64,000 nucleotides of DNA from an uncultured Acetivibrio sp. Its GTDB lineage: Bacteria > Bacillota > Clostridia > Acetivibrionales > Acetivibrionaceae. Below are positions 20,788 through 29,727 of this stretch, piece after piece. Both the position numbers and the translations under genes were made by a program. Position 1 is the stretch's first letter. The number at the start of each line of letters is the position of its first letter. The notes under the pieces were generated by a model. The model was not told the DNA's origin. It saw nothing but the letters and a program-made list of their open reading frames with translations, and ran no database searches. The stretch covers positions 18,252 through 82,251 of the forward strand of contig CAZLZR010000013.1 of NCBI GenBank assembly GCA_964564015.1. The letters are read 5' to 3'.

Positions 20788-22239
20788 ATGTTTGGAACGA
20801 AATTAATGAAAAGGTGCGCAGTATTTCTTTTAACTGCATCACTGGCCACAACAACTGCGTTTTTTCCGGTAGCAAAAGTCAGTGCTGCAACACCACCTTC
20901 TGTGGGGGCATACGAATCCAATACCTACCGCAATCTTTTTTCTGAAATCGGTAAATCTCAGGCAGAAATTGATGGGAAGTTGGAGAAGGCATTTAACCAG
21001 TTGTTTTATGGGAATGATAGCTCTGAGAGACTTTTTTATCCTGTAGGAACCGATATGGCGTACATTAAGGATATAGGAAATGGCGATGTCCGCAGTGAAG
21101 GAATGTCTTACGGAATGATGATTTGTGTTCAGTTGGACAAGCAAAAAGAATTCAACATGCTTTGGAAATGGGCAAAAGAATATATGTATCACAAGGATGG
21201 TAACTTTAAAGGTTTCTTTGCATGGCAGTGTGAAACTTCAGGGAGCAAAAAGGATAATACTCCGGCATCAGACGGTGAGGAATATTTTGCCATGTCCCTG
21301 TTTTTTGCATCACATCGCTGGGGAGACGGAGAGGGGATATTCAATTACAAAGCGGAGGCACAGTCTATTCTTGATGCAATGCTTCATCAGGCAGATGACG
21401 GTGTCGGTGAAAACATGTTTGATAAAAACAATAAAATGGTTGTATTTTGTCCGATAGGTGATGCAGCCAAATTTAGCGATCCTTCCTATCACTTGCCTGG
21501 CTTTTATGAATTGTGGGCTCTTTGGGCAGACAAAGACAATTCTTTCTGGAGTGAAGCAGCTTCTATAAGCAGAGAGTATTTCCAGAAAGCTACTAACTCA
21601 ACAACAGGATTGGCACCGGATTACGCAAACTTTGACGGATCACCGAAAGAAGTATCTTGGTCAAGTGGTCATGGGGACTTCAGGTTTGATGCGTGGCGTG
21701 TAGCTGGAAACATAGGTTTTGACTATGCTTGGTGGGCAAAAGATTCCTGGCAGAAGACCTTTGCAGATAGGATTCAGAATTTTTTCTATAAAGCGGGTAT
21801 TTCGTCGTACGGCAATCAATTTACCCTAAGCGGATCAAAATTGTCATCCGATCACTCACCAGGACTTGTTGCAATGAATGCAGTAGTATCTTTGGCAGCT
21901 ACAACAGATAAGAGTGAAGAATTTGTTGAAGAATTGTGGAAGCTGAGTATACCAAGCGGACAATGGAGATATTATGACGGAATGCTCTATATGATGGCAT
22001 TACTTCACAGCAGCGGAAACTTTAAAATATGGAAACCAGGCGATACAGGATTTTTGTTAGGAGATATTAATGGAGATAAAGCTGTAAACTCAATTGATTT
22101 TGGTTACTTGAAAAAACACCTTTTAGGTATGGAGAAGCTCACAGGTGATGCCCTTAAGGCAGCTGATATAAATCAGGATGGATCGGTTAATTCATTAGAT
22201 TTTGGTGCGCTTAAAAAGATTCTTTTAGGTATAAAATAG
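20788..22239 (+). CDS. Cellulosomal GH8 endoglucanase with C-terminal type I dockerin
   Basis: Signal peptide. GH8 motifs SEGMSYGMM and signature ASDGEEYFAMSLFFASHRW. Dockerin segments GDINGDKAVNSIDFGYLKKHLLG and ADINQDGSVNSLDFGALKKILLG. RBS aggagga. Confidence 0.9.
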   Translation: MFGTKLMKRCAVFLLTASLATTTAFFPVAKVSAATPPSVGAYESNTYRNLFSEIGKSQAEIDGKLEKAFNQLFYGNDSSERLFYPVGTDMAYIKDIGNGDVRSEGMSYGMMICVQLDKQKEFNMLWKWAKEYMYHKDGNFKGFFAWQCETSGSKKDNTPASDGEEYFAMSLFFASHRWGDGEGIFNYKAEAQSILDAMLHQADDGVGENMFDKNNKMVVFCPIGDAAKFSDPSYHLPGFYELWALWADKDNSFWSEAASISREYFQKATNSTTGLAPDYANFDGSPKEVSWSSGHGDFRFDAWRVAGNIGFDYAWWAKDSWQKTFADRIQNFFYKAGISSYGNQFTLSGSKLSSDHSPGLVAMNAVVSLAATTDKSEEFVEELWKLSIPSGQWRYYDGMLYMMALLHSSGNFKIWKPGDTGFLLGDINGDKAVNSIDFGYLKKHLLGMEKLTGDALKAADINQDGSVNSLDFGALKKILLGIK

Positions 22240-22281
22240 AGTTGTAAGATGAGATTTATTATTTGATCCATTTTTGATATT

Positions 22282-22320
22282 AAACCCCCATGGACTGGAA
22301 ATATGTGCATGGGGGTTTTA
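22282..22320 (+). terminator. Intrinsic terminator of the GH8 gene
   Basis: aaacccccatg / catgggggttt stem followed by a T-run. Confidence 0.7.
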
Positions 22321-22356
22321 ATGCTGGTTCCGGTGCAAATTTTCAAAAAGAGATTT

Positions 22357-22461
22357 CATATGGTTACAGGGACACTTGGGGATACGGATGATAGCGAAGA
22401 TATTAGAGAAGAACACGTACTTGAGGCAATATAGTATAAAAATCCAGACAGGAAAATGTGA
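22357..22461 (+). pseudogene. Decayed relic of a yifB/comM 3' end
   Basis: Hand translation gives IL-VTGTLGDTDDSEDIREEHVLEAI*YKNPDRKM*. The intact yifB C-terminus at 20449-20553 is [35 protein letters not shown]. 22 of 34 aligned codons are identical; there is an in-frame TAG at 22432 and the same terminal DRKM-stop. Confidence 0.7.
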
Positions 22462-22599
22462 GGATGTATGGAAAATTAATACTTACCATTGTTATAATAT
22501 ATATAATTTGTTATATTTATATTTGTGCTGTAAAGATTTATGGAATATTGGACGATATTTTATCGGTAAATATACTTTTATTGACAAGGAGTTTTTCTA

Positions 22600-23709
22600 A
22601 TGCACGATAATTTGGAATATTGGGTTTGGCTAGGTTCCATACCAGGAATAGGTGCAATAAAATGTAAAAAACTGCTTGAATTTTTCGAAGATCCCTATAA
22701 TATCTTTACTGCTAAAGAGATAGATTTTGCTTCTCTTTCATTTTTAAGCCGTGCAGATGTTTCTAATCTGGTAGATAAAGAAAACAGGGAGAAAGTAAAG
22801 AAGCATATTGAAAATATTAATGCAAATGATATTAAGATAATAACAATCAATAATGAAAATTATCCGGAATATTTAAAGAACATTTATGATCCTCCAATAA
22901 TATTGTATATGAAGGGTTGTTTGTCAAAAGATAAGAAGTATCTCGCAGTTGTAGGTTCAAGAAAAGCTACTTCCTACGGGTTGAAAATGGCGGAAGTTGT
23001 ATCCCGTGAGCTTTCAAGGTGTGGAATAACTGTTGTCAGCGGAATGGCAAGAGGAATAGACACATTCGCTCACAAAGGGGCTCTGAGTGGAGGAGGAAAG
23101 ACTATAGCTGTCTTAGGGTGCGGACTTGATATAGTGTATCCCTATGAGAATAAAAAGCTTATGGAAAGCATAATTCAAAACGGAGCATGTCTATCGGAGT
23201 TTTTACCCGGTACTCAGCCTGTTGCAGGTAATTTTCCTGCAAGAAACAGAATTATCAGCGGAATATCCATGGGAGTAATAGTCATTGAGGCCGGAGAAAA
23301 GAGCGGTTCTCTCATTACTGCAAATTTTGCGCTTGAACAGGGGCGAGAGGTGTTTGCGCTTCCTGGCAACGTCAACAGTATTAAGAGCACAGGAACTAAT
23401 AAACTCATAAAAGAAGGAGCAAAAATGGTCACTTCTCTCGAAGACATTTTGGAAGAGATTGGTGCGTATTTTAATGATAATAATAAGGATTTCTTTACAA
23501 ATAAGCTTAAAGATGATAAATTGCTAAAGGGACTTGATAAAGATGAAATTAAAATTGTGGAATGTTTGAAATTGGAGCCTGAGCATATTGATATTTTAGC
23601 AAACAAAACCGGTCTGGATATAAAAATTGTAAATTCGGTGATTGTAATGCTGGAGCTAAAAGGGCTTGTCGAGCAGCTGCCGGGTAAGATATACCGATTA
23701 AAGCTGTAA
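22600..23709 (+). CDS. dprA: DNA-processing protein DprA (Smf)
   Basis: SAM-like N-terminus, Rossmann core VVGSRKATSYG ... SGMARGIDTFAHKGAL ... NFPARNRIISG, C-terminal winged-helix-like domain. RBS aaggag. Confidence 0.9.
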   Translation: MHDNLEYWVWLGSIPGIGAIKCKKLLEFFEDPYNIFTAKEIDFASLSFLSRADVSNLVDKENREKVKKHIENINANDIKIITINNENYPEYLKNIYDPPIILYMKGCLSKDKKYLAVVGSRKATSYGLKMAEVVSRELSRCGITVVSGMARGIDTFAHKGALSGGGKTIAVLGCGLDIVYPYENKKLMESIIQNGACLSEFLPGTQPVAGNFPARNRIISGISMGVIVIEAGEKSGSLITANFALEQGREVFALPGNVNSIKSTGTNKLIKEGAKMVTSLEDILEEIGAYFNDNNKDFFTNKLKDDKLLKGLDKDEIKIVECLKLEPEHIDILANKTGLDIKIVNSVIVMLELKGLVEQLPGKIYRLKL

Positions 23710-23973
23710 GTTGAAACCTATATTTCCAACTCTCTCAATATGTAAATTTGAGAGACAAATGTTATAAACATGCATATGAATATATAAGCAAGGTTAATGA
23801 AAAAGTAGCTTTGTTAAATGAAACGATATTTTTGAAGCCAATTTGGCATAAAATAAGCTCTAAATTAAAACAATAGATTAAGTTAAATGCTGTCTATTAT
23901 GATTAATTGAAAAATTTTATGTATCGAAGGCACTAAAATCAATTGGAATAAAATATGCTCTCAGATTTTTTTA

Positions 23974-24003
23974 TTGTAATATGCCAATACATAATATTAT
24001 AAT
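23974..24003 (+). promoter_or_regulatory. Candidate sigma-A promoter for topA
   Basis: ttgtaa, 18-nt spacer, tataat, about 36 nt upstream of the topA ATG. Confidence 0.3.
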
Positions 24004-24039
24004 ATAGAATTAGTAGACAAACATGACTGGAGGAAAAAG

Positions 24040-26154
24040 ATGGCTGATAAGTTAGTTATTGTTGAGTCACCTGCAAAAGCTCATACAATCGGAAAGTTTT
24101 TAGGCAAGGAATTTAAAATAGTAGCTTCTGTAGGGCATGTGAGGGATTTACCAAAAAGTCAGATAGGAGTAGACATTGATAATAATTTTGAACCTAAATA
24201 TATTACTATCAGGGGAAAGGGAGATGTTATCTCCAAACTGAAAAAGGAAGCTAAGAATGCGAAAAAGATCTATCTCGCAACCGACCCTGATAGAGAAGGT
24301 GAAGCTATTTCATGGCATTTGGCCAATTTGTTGAATATAGATAACAAAGAAAAGTGCAGAGTTACCTTTAATGAAATTACCAAAAACGCTGTAAAAAATG
24401 CTATCAAGGAGCCTAGAGAAATTGATCAGGATCTTGTGGATGCACAGCAGGCCAGAAGGATATTAGACAGGATTGTTGGATACAAGATAAGCCCTATACT
24501 ATGGAAAAAGGTCAAAAAGGGACTAAGTGCAGGGAGAGTTCAGTCAGTTGCTACAAGGATGATCTGTGACAGGGAAGATGAAATAGAAAACTTTGTGCCT
24601 GAAGAGTACTGGACTATCGACGCAAAACTTGAAAAAAAGGTCGGAAAAGGTTCGTTTGATGCTAAATTTTATGGAACCGGCGGCAAAAAGGTAGAGTTAA
24701 AGAATGAAGATGATGTAAAAAAGGTGCTTGATAATATAAAAGATAAAGCTTTTATTGTACAAAAGATTAAAAAGGGTGAGAAGAAAAAGTCTCCCGCACC
24801 TCCTTTTATTACCAGTACTATGCAACAGGAAGCAGCAAGAAAATTGGGCTTCACAACAAAGAAAACCATGATTGTAGCTCAACAGCTCTATGAGGGTATA
24901 GAAATAAAAGGAGTTGGGGCAATTGGTCTTGTAACATATATCCGTACCGATTCAACAAGAATATCTGCCGAAGCACAGCAGGATGCTCTAAATTTTATAA
25001 CAGAAAAGTACGGTAAAAAATATGTACCGGATGAAAAGCGCGTATTTAAAAATAAATCTGCGTCTCAGGATGCCCATGAGTGTATCAGACCTTCCCAGGT
25101 TACTCTGGAACCGGATGCTATTAAGGAGTCACTTACCAAGGAGCAATACAAACTATACAAGCTTATATGGTCCAGGTTTGTTTCAAGCCAGATGGCTTCA
25201 GCTGAATACGATACAATAAATACCGACATTACTGCAGGAGATTATACATTCAGAGCAAACGGTCAGATAATAAAATTCCAGGGTTTTATAGTTTTGTATC
25301 AGGAAGGTAAGGACGAGGAAGGTGAAGAAGGGGAAGAAGGGGAAAGCAATGTGCCTGAACTGGCTGAAGGAGAAGAATTAAAGCAGAAGAAAATTGATCC
25401 CAAGCAGCATTTTACCCAACCGCCTCCAAGGTACACCGAAGCTAGTCTTGTAAAAACTCTTGAGGAAAAGGGTATAGGCAGACCAAGTACTTATGCTCCT
25501 ACAATTACAACCATTCTTGCCAGAGGATATGTAGTTAAGGACGCCAAAGCATTGATGCCTACAGAATTAGGTAAGATAGTCAACGATATCATGAAGAATT
25601 ATTTTCAGGATATAGTGGATGTTGAGTTTACTGCTCAGTTGGAAAAAAAGCTGGACGATGTTGAAGAAGGATTTAAAAAATGGGTGGATGTAATGAGGGG
25701 ATTTTATACCCCCTTTGCGGATGTCTTGAAGGATGCAGAATCCAAAATCGGAAATGTGGAAGTTCCGGACGAAGTTACGGATGAAATATGTGAAAAATGC
25801 GGAAGAAATATGGTTATAAAGATGAGCCGCTATGGTAAGTTTTTGGCATGTCCCGGATTTCCGGAATGCAGAAATGCAAGACCTATTCTGGAGGAGACTG
25901 GGGTAAAATGTCCTAAGTGTGGAGGAAAGGTATACATTAAGAAATCCAAGAAGGGTAAAAAGTATTTGGGTTGTGAGAATAACCCTACCTGCAGTTTTAT
26001 GAGCTGGGAAATGCACTCGAAAGAGAACTGCCCTAAATGCGGAAACTTTTTGCTCAAAAAGTTTTCCGGAAAGAAAGCTCATTATAAGTGTAGCAACGAG
26101 GATTGTGATTTTACAAAAGTTGAGGAAAATAAAAAAGATGAAGAAAAGGAATAA
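24040..26154 (+). CDS. topA: DNA topoisomerase I
   Basis: Toprim LVIVESPAKA and DPDREGEAISWH, active-site region GLVTYIRTDSTR, three C-terminal CxxC...CxxC zinc ribbons. Confidence 0.97.
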   Translation: MADKLVIVESPAKAHTIGKFLGKEFKIVASVGHVRDLPKSQIGVDIDNNFEPKYITIRGKGDVISKLKKEAKNAKKIYLATDPDREGEAISWHLANLLNIDNKEKCRVTFNEITKNAVKNAIKEPREIDQDLVDAQQARRILDRIVGYKISPILWKKVKKGLSAGRVQSVATRMICDREDEIENFVPEEYWTIDAKLEKKVGKGSFDAKFYGTGGKKVELKNEDDVKKVLDNIKDKAFIVQKIKKGEKKKSPAPPFITSTMQQEAARKLGFTTKKTMIVAQQLYEGIEIKGVGAIGLVTYIRTDSTRISAEAQQDALNFITEKYGKKYVPDEKRVFKNKSASQDAHECIRPSQVTLEPDAIKESLTKEQYKLYKLIWSRFVSSQMASAEYDTINTDITAGDYTFRANGQIIKFQGFIVLYQEGKDEEGEEGEEGESNVPELAEGEELKQKKIDPKQHFTQPPPRYTEASLVKTLEEKGIGRPSTYAPTITTILARGYVVKDAKALMPTELGKIVNDIMKNYFQDIVDVEFTAQLEKKLDDVEEGFKKWVDVMRGFYTPFADVLKDAESKIGNVEVPDEVTDEICEKCGRNMVIKMSRYGKFLACPGFPECRNARPILEETGVKCPKCGGKVYIKKSKKGKKYLGCENNPTCSFMSWEMHSKENCPKCGNFLLKKFSGKKAHYKCSNEDCDFTKVEENKKDEEKE

Positions 26155-26179
26155 AACAATATAAGGTAAGGTATATAAG

Positions 26180-27487
26180 ATGTCTGATTATATAAATGTA
26201 ATAGGTGCAGGGTTAGCAGGTTGTGAAGCTGCATGGCAGATCGCTAAAAGAGGGATTAAAGTTAAGCTTTATGAAATGAAGCCTCAAATGTATTCACCTG
26301 CTCATCACCTTGAAACCTATGCTGAGCTTGTATGCAGTAACTCCTTGAGGTCTGATCAGCTTGAGAATGCGGTTGGACTTCTTAAAGAGGAAATGAGACT
26401 TTTAGATTCCATAATAATGAAATGTGCGGATGCAACAAGAGTTCCTGCCGGGGGAGCGTTAGCCGTTGACAGAAGCAAATTTTCACAAATGGTTACTGAT
26501 TTGATCCATGAAAATGAAAATATTGAAATAATAAATGAAGAAGTAAAGGAACTCCCTACCGACGGCATAACGGTTGTGGCATCAGGACCATTGACTTCAG
26601 AGGATTTATCAAGAAGTCTAATGAGATTGATAGGAGAGGAATATCTCCACTTCTTTGACGCAGCTGCACCAATAGTAAGTTTTGATACGATAAATATGGA
26701 CAAGGCATACAAAGCTGCCCGGTATAATAGAGGCACGGCTGATTATATCAATTGTCCGATGAACAGGGAAGAGTACGATAGATTTTGGAATGAGCTTGTA
26801 AATGCTGAGCTTGCACCGGTTAAGGATTTTGAAAAGGAAGTGGTATTTGAAGGTTGCATGCCTGTTGAGACTATGGCCAAAAGAGGTGTGGATACCTTGA
26901 GGTTTGGCCCTTTAAAGCCGGTGGGACTAGTTGATCCAAACACCAGAAGTGAAGCATATGCCGTTGTACAATTAAGACAGGACAATGAGGAAGGAACTCT
27001 TTATAATATTGTCGGCTTTCAAACACGATTGAAATGGCCGGAACAAAAGAGAGTTTTTGGATTGATCCCTGGGCTTGAAAATGCAGAATTCGTAAGATAT
27101 GGAGTAATGCACAGGAATACTTTTATTAACTCTCCAAAAGTGCTTGAACCGTCCTACAGAATGAGAAAACACCCAAACCTGTACTTTGCAGGGCAAATAA
27201 CCGGAGTTGAGGGATATGTAGAGTCTGCATCATCAGGATTGCTTGCAGGAATTAACGCAGCTATGAGTGCCCTTGGGAAGAAAGATATTTTATTCCCCAG
27301 AAGTACTGCAATTGGAGCATTGAGCAACTACGTCTCCGATCAGAATGTAAGGGACTTCCAGCCTATGAACATAAACTTTGGTTTGATGGAAGGACTGACA
27401 GTCAGAATCCGTGACAAGAGGAAGAAAAATTCTGAAATATCTGCAAGAGCCTTGCAAATTATTAAAGATATTCAAAATAGCATATAA
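26180..27487 (+). CDS. trmFO: Methylenetetrahydrofolate-tRNA-(uracil54-C5)-methyltransferase TrmFO (Gid)
   Basis: FAD-binding [16 protein letters not shown], conserved LVCSNSLRS and [14 protein letters not shown]. Sits after topA as in Bacillus. Confidence 0.95.
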   Translation: MSDYINVIGAGLAGCEAAWQIAKRGIKVKLYEMKPQMYSPAHHLETYAELVCSNSLRSDQLENAVGLLKEEMRLLDSIIMKCADATRVPAGGALAVDRSKFSQMVTDLIHENENIEIINEEVKELPTDGITVVASGPLTSEDLSRSLMRLIGEEYLHFFDAAAPIVSFDTINMDKAYKAARYNRGTADYINCPMNREEYDRFWNELVNAELAPVKDFEKEVVFEGCMPVETMAKRGVDTLRFGPLKPVGLVDPNTRSEAYAVVQLRQDNEEGTLYNIVGFQTRLKWPEQKRVFGLIPGLENAEFVRYGVMHRNTFINSPKVLEPSYRMRKHPNLYFAGQITGVEGYVESASSGLLAGINAAMSALGKKDILFPRSTAIGALSNYVSDQNVRDFQPMNINFGLMEGLTVRIRDKRKKNSEISARALQIIKDIQNSI

Positions 27488-27497
27488 TGAAATAGCT

Positions 27498-27529
27498 CAC
27501 GCTGACCTCTTCAGGTCAGCGTGTTTTTG
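27498..27529 (+). terminator. Intrinsic terminator of trmFO
   Basis: Perfect 11-bp stem cacgctgacct / aggtcagcgtg, loop cttc, then tttttg. Confidence 0.85.
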
Positions 27530-27580
27530 AATACCGCATAAAATTCGTACAACCCCAAGCAACCGAATTCCGGCACGTAC

Positions 27581-27840
27581 CTGTTTTAGTGACAAATGAC
27601 GCAATTGCTTGACCTGAGCAAATAAAATCAGCTGCCGAAAGCTTGGAAATTTTGAAGTAAAAATGCCACGGATGGCATTTTTAGCGTCTCAGGGACAGGA
27701 TGTCCCATAGACGCGTGCGAAAAATTTTCAAGCAAAGGTACGATTTTTGCGCAGCAAAATATCGTTCATCTGTCTGCTGAATGGCATCTTGCTGATTTTT
27801 GCGAAGGCCATGCAATGGAGGCGTTTGACACTAAAACAAC
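27581..27840. other. G+C-enriched nested inverted-repeat element (candidate structured ncRNA, MITE-like relic or invertible segment); orientation unknown
   Basis: Terminal arms 27581-27602 and 27821-27840 are reverse complements. Three further complementary blocks lie inward, and there are three local perfect or near-perfect hairpins (27659-27682, 27684-27714, 27741-27764). No ORF of 60 aa or more on either strand. Confidence 0.4.
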
Positions 27841-28323
27841 AAGCTAAGCAGTCAATTACTCAATTTTTCACACAGCATTTTTGGGTTCTTTGCCAGAAAA
27901 AGTGAAAGTAATTTTTTTTGTTTTATAGTTGTATTTTTGAAAAAGTTATGTTAATATCTACTTATGTTGTACCATTATTCTCCTGTTTTTCATGGCGAAG
28001 GTTTCTACTTTGCTTGTGGCTTCTAGGTTGTGCATCGGATATTAAAGCATTGATAAGATGGCAAAGCTAAAGCTGTACAATTAAGATCTTTTTGAAGAAT
28101 GATAAATTTTACTTAATTTGATTAACTTTTCTTTATATATATACTTTTAAAGGTTTACTGTTTTAAATGCTTTTAGAAGTTGTTCTTTATGCAAATATTC
28201 TCAAGACAGTGCTTATTAAGAATTTTGTTTTTCTTGTTTTATTACACTTAAAGCTGTGATTAGTTTTTAGAGTGCGAGTTTACCACATATTATCAAAAAA
28301 ATGGTGAAGGAAAACCCTATGAT

Positions 28324-28353
28324 TTGTCGAAATATATCTTGGGTATGTATAAT
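28324..28353 (+). promoter_or_regulatory. Candidate sigma-A promoter proximal to flgB
   Basis: ttgtcg, 18-nt spacer, tataat, ending 54 nt upstream of the flgB GTG. Many alternative matches exist in this AT-rich spacer. Confidence 0.3.
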
Positions 28354-28407
28354 TACGACGTATAAAGTCACTAACTTGGAGTTTTGTAAATTAGGAGGCG
28401 TATCAAA

Positions 28408-28821
28408 GTGATTGATAGGATTCTGTTTGGAACAAAGGTTATTGAAAAATCACTGGATGCATCATTGATGCGAAATGAAGCTATAGCTCAAAATATAGCA
28501 AATGTGGATACTCCGGGTTATAAAAGAAAAACCGTGAGTTTTGAAGAAGAGCTGAGTGATGCTCTTTCAAAAAACAACAGTTTTAAAGGGAAAAGAACTG
28601 ATCCACGGCATATACCAATTGGTGGAAGAAATATTGATGAGGTTGGTATTAACGTTTCTGAAGACAGCAGTTCGAATGTTATGAGACTTGACGGAAATAA
28701 CGTCGATATTGAAAATGAGATGGCTCAAATGGCAGAGAACAACATAAGGTACAATGTGTTGATACAAAGAATGAATAATACTTTTAGTAAAATGAAATCA
28801 GTAATCAAGGAAGGACGATGA
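28408..28821 (+). CDS. flgB: Flagellar basal-body rod protein FlgB
   Basis: 137 aa, GTG start after RBS aggagg. Rod-protein N-terminal motif IAQNIANVDTPGYKR. First gene of the cluster, as in the B. subtilis fla/che operon. Confidence 0.93.
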   Translation: MIDRILFGTKVIEKSLDASLMRNEAIAQNIANVDTPGYKRKTVSFEEELSDALSKNNSFKGKRTDPRHIPIGGRNIDEVGINVSEDSSSNVMRLDGNNVDIENEMAQMAENNIRYNVLIQRMNNTFSKMKSVIKEGR

Positions 28822-28827
28822 TGGTAA

Positions 28828-29268
28828 ATGGGATATTTCGGTTCTCTTGATATTAGTTCATCAGCTTTGACCGCACAAAGGCTTAGAATGGATACAATTT
28901 CTCAGAATATTGCCAATGTAAATACTACAAGAACTGAAGACGGAACTCCTTATAGAAGGAAAGTTGTAGTTTTTGAGGAAAAGTCACCGGAAACTCCTTT
29001 TTCCGAGTATTTGAATGAAAGCAGCAGGAAAATGGCTGGCGGAGGTGTCAGGGTTGCAAGAATTATCGAAGACAGTTCGGCATTCAAAATGGTTTATGAG
29101 CCGGGGCACCCAGATGCTAATGAAGAGGGATACGTAGAAATGCCAAATGTAGATATACTTACCGAAATGGTTAATATGATTTCTGCTACAAGATCATATG
29201 AGGCAAACGTAACCTCAATAAATACAACCAAAAGTATGGCAATGAAAGCTTTAGAAATCGGAAAATAA
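28828..29268 (+). CDS. flgC: Flagellar basal-body rod protein FlgC
   Basis: ISQNIANVNTTRTEDGTPYRRK N-terminal motif; C-terminal VEMPNVDILTEMVNMISATRSYEAN. Confidence 0.95.
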   Translation: MGYFGSLDISSSALTAQRLRMDTISQNIANVNTTRTEDGTPYRRKVVVFEEKSPETPFSEYLNESSRKMAGGGVRVARIIEDSSAFKMVYEPGHPDANEEGYVEMPNVDILTEMVNMISATRSYEANVTSINTTKSMAMKALEIGK

Positions 29269-29363
29269 CCATTAAATATACATATGGCAGCAGTTGATGC
29301 AATCATAATACTAAAATGGATACTGAATCTAACTTTATGAGAAGAATTATATAGGAGGACATT

Positions 29364-29672
29364 ATGGCTGTAAATGGTATTAACGGTCTGAATTCAATAT
29401 CTTCCATTTCAAAAAGTGCTTTTTCCAATGCGGAGAAGGCTGAAAGTGTTGAAGGAAGCTTTGCAAATTATTTTAAGGATGCACTGACAAAGGTAAGTGA
29501 TTTAGAAAAGGAATCAACTGCGTTGACGGAGGACTTTGCTGCGGGTAACACCGATAATATCCATCAGGTTTTGATTGCTGCTGAAAAAGCCGATGTAGCG
29601 CTTCAGTTTACTATGCAGATCAGAAACAAGATAATGGATGCATATAAAGAAATTATGAATATGCAAGTTTAA
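29364..29672 (+). CDS. fliE: Flagellar hook-basal body complex protein FliE
   Basis: 102 aa with C-terminal IHQVLIAAEKADVALQFTMQIRNKIMDAYKEIMNMQV, typical of FliE. Position after flgC. Confidence 0.9.
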   Translation: MAVNGINGLNSISSISKSAFSNAEKAESVEGSFANYFKDALTKVSDLEKESTALTEDFAAGNTDNIHQVLIAAEKADVALQFTMQIRNKIMDAYKEIMNMQV

Positions 29673-29727
29673 TTTTCTGAATTCGGTTTAACAAAAGAAG
29701 AATACCAGTGTGGAAGGTGGCGACTAT

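Noticed and set aside
22376-22600. 74-aa ORF in the ORF track between the GH8 gene and dprA
   Set aside because: It reads through the yifB 3' relic in the wrong frame and then through AT-rich spacer. It has no RBS and a low-complexity product, so the region is better explained as a pseudogene relic plus the dprA promoter region.
27581-27840. Identification of the inverted-repeat element as SRP RNA, 6S RNA, RNase P RNA, tmRNA or a c-di-GMP riboswitch
   Set aside because: The near-universal SRP helix-8 sequence (AGGUCCGGAAGGAAGCAGC) and the RNase P P4 motif (GAGGAAAGUCC) are absent. The GEMM-I GGCAAA...GACGCAAAGC pattern is also absent; only a loose GACGCGTG resemblance to 4.5S RNA was seen. 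At ~260 nt the element is too long for 6S. The class remains unassigned.
27960-28020. 20-codon ORF (MLYHYSPVFHGEGFYFACGF) in the flgB leader
   Set aside because: No RBS and too short to support from sequence alone.
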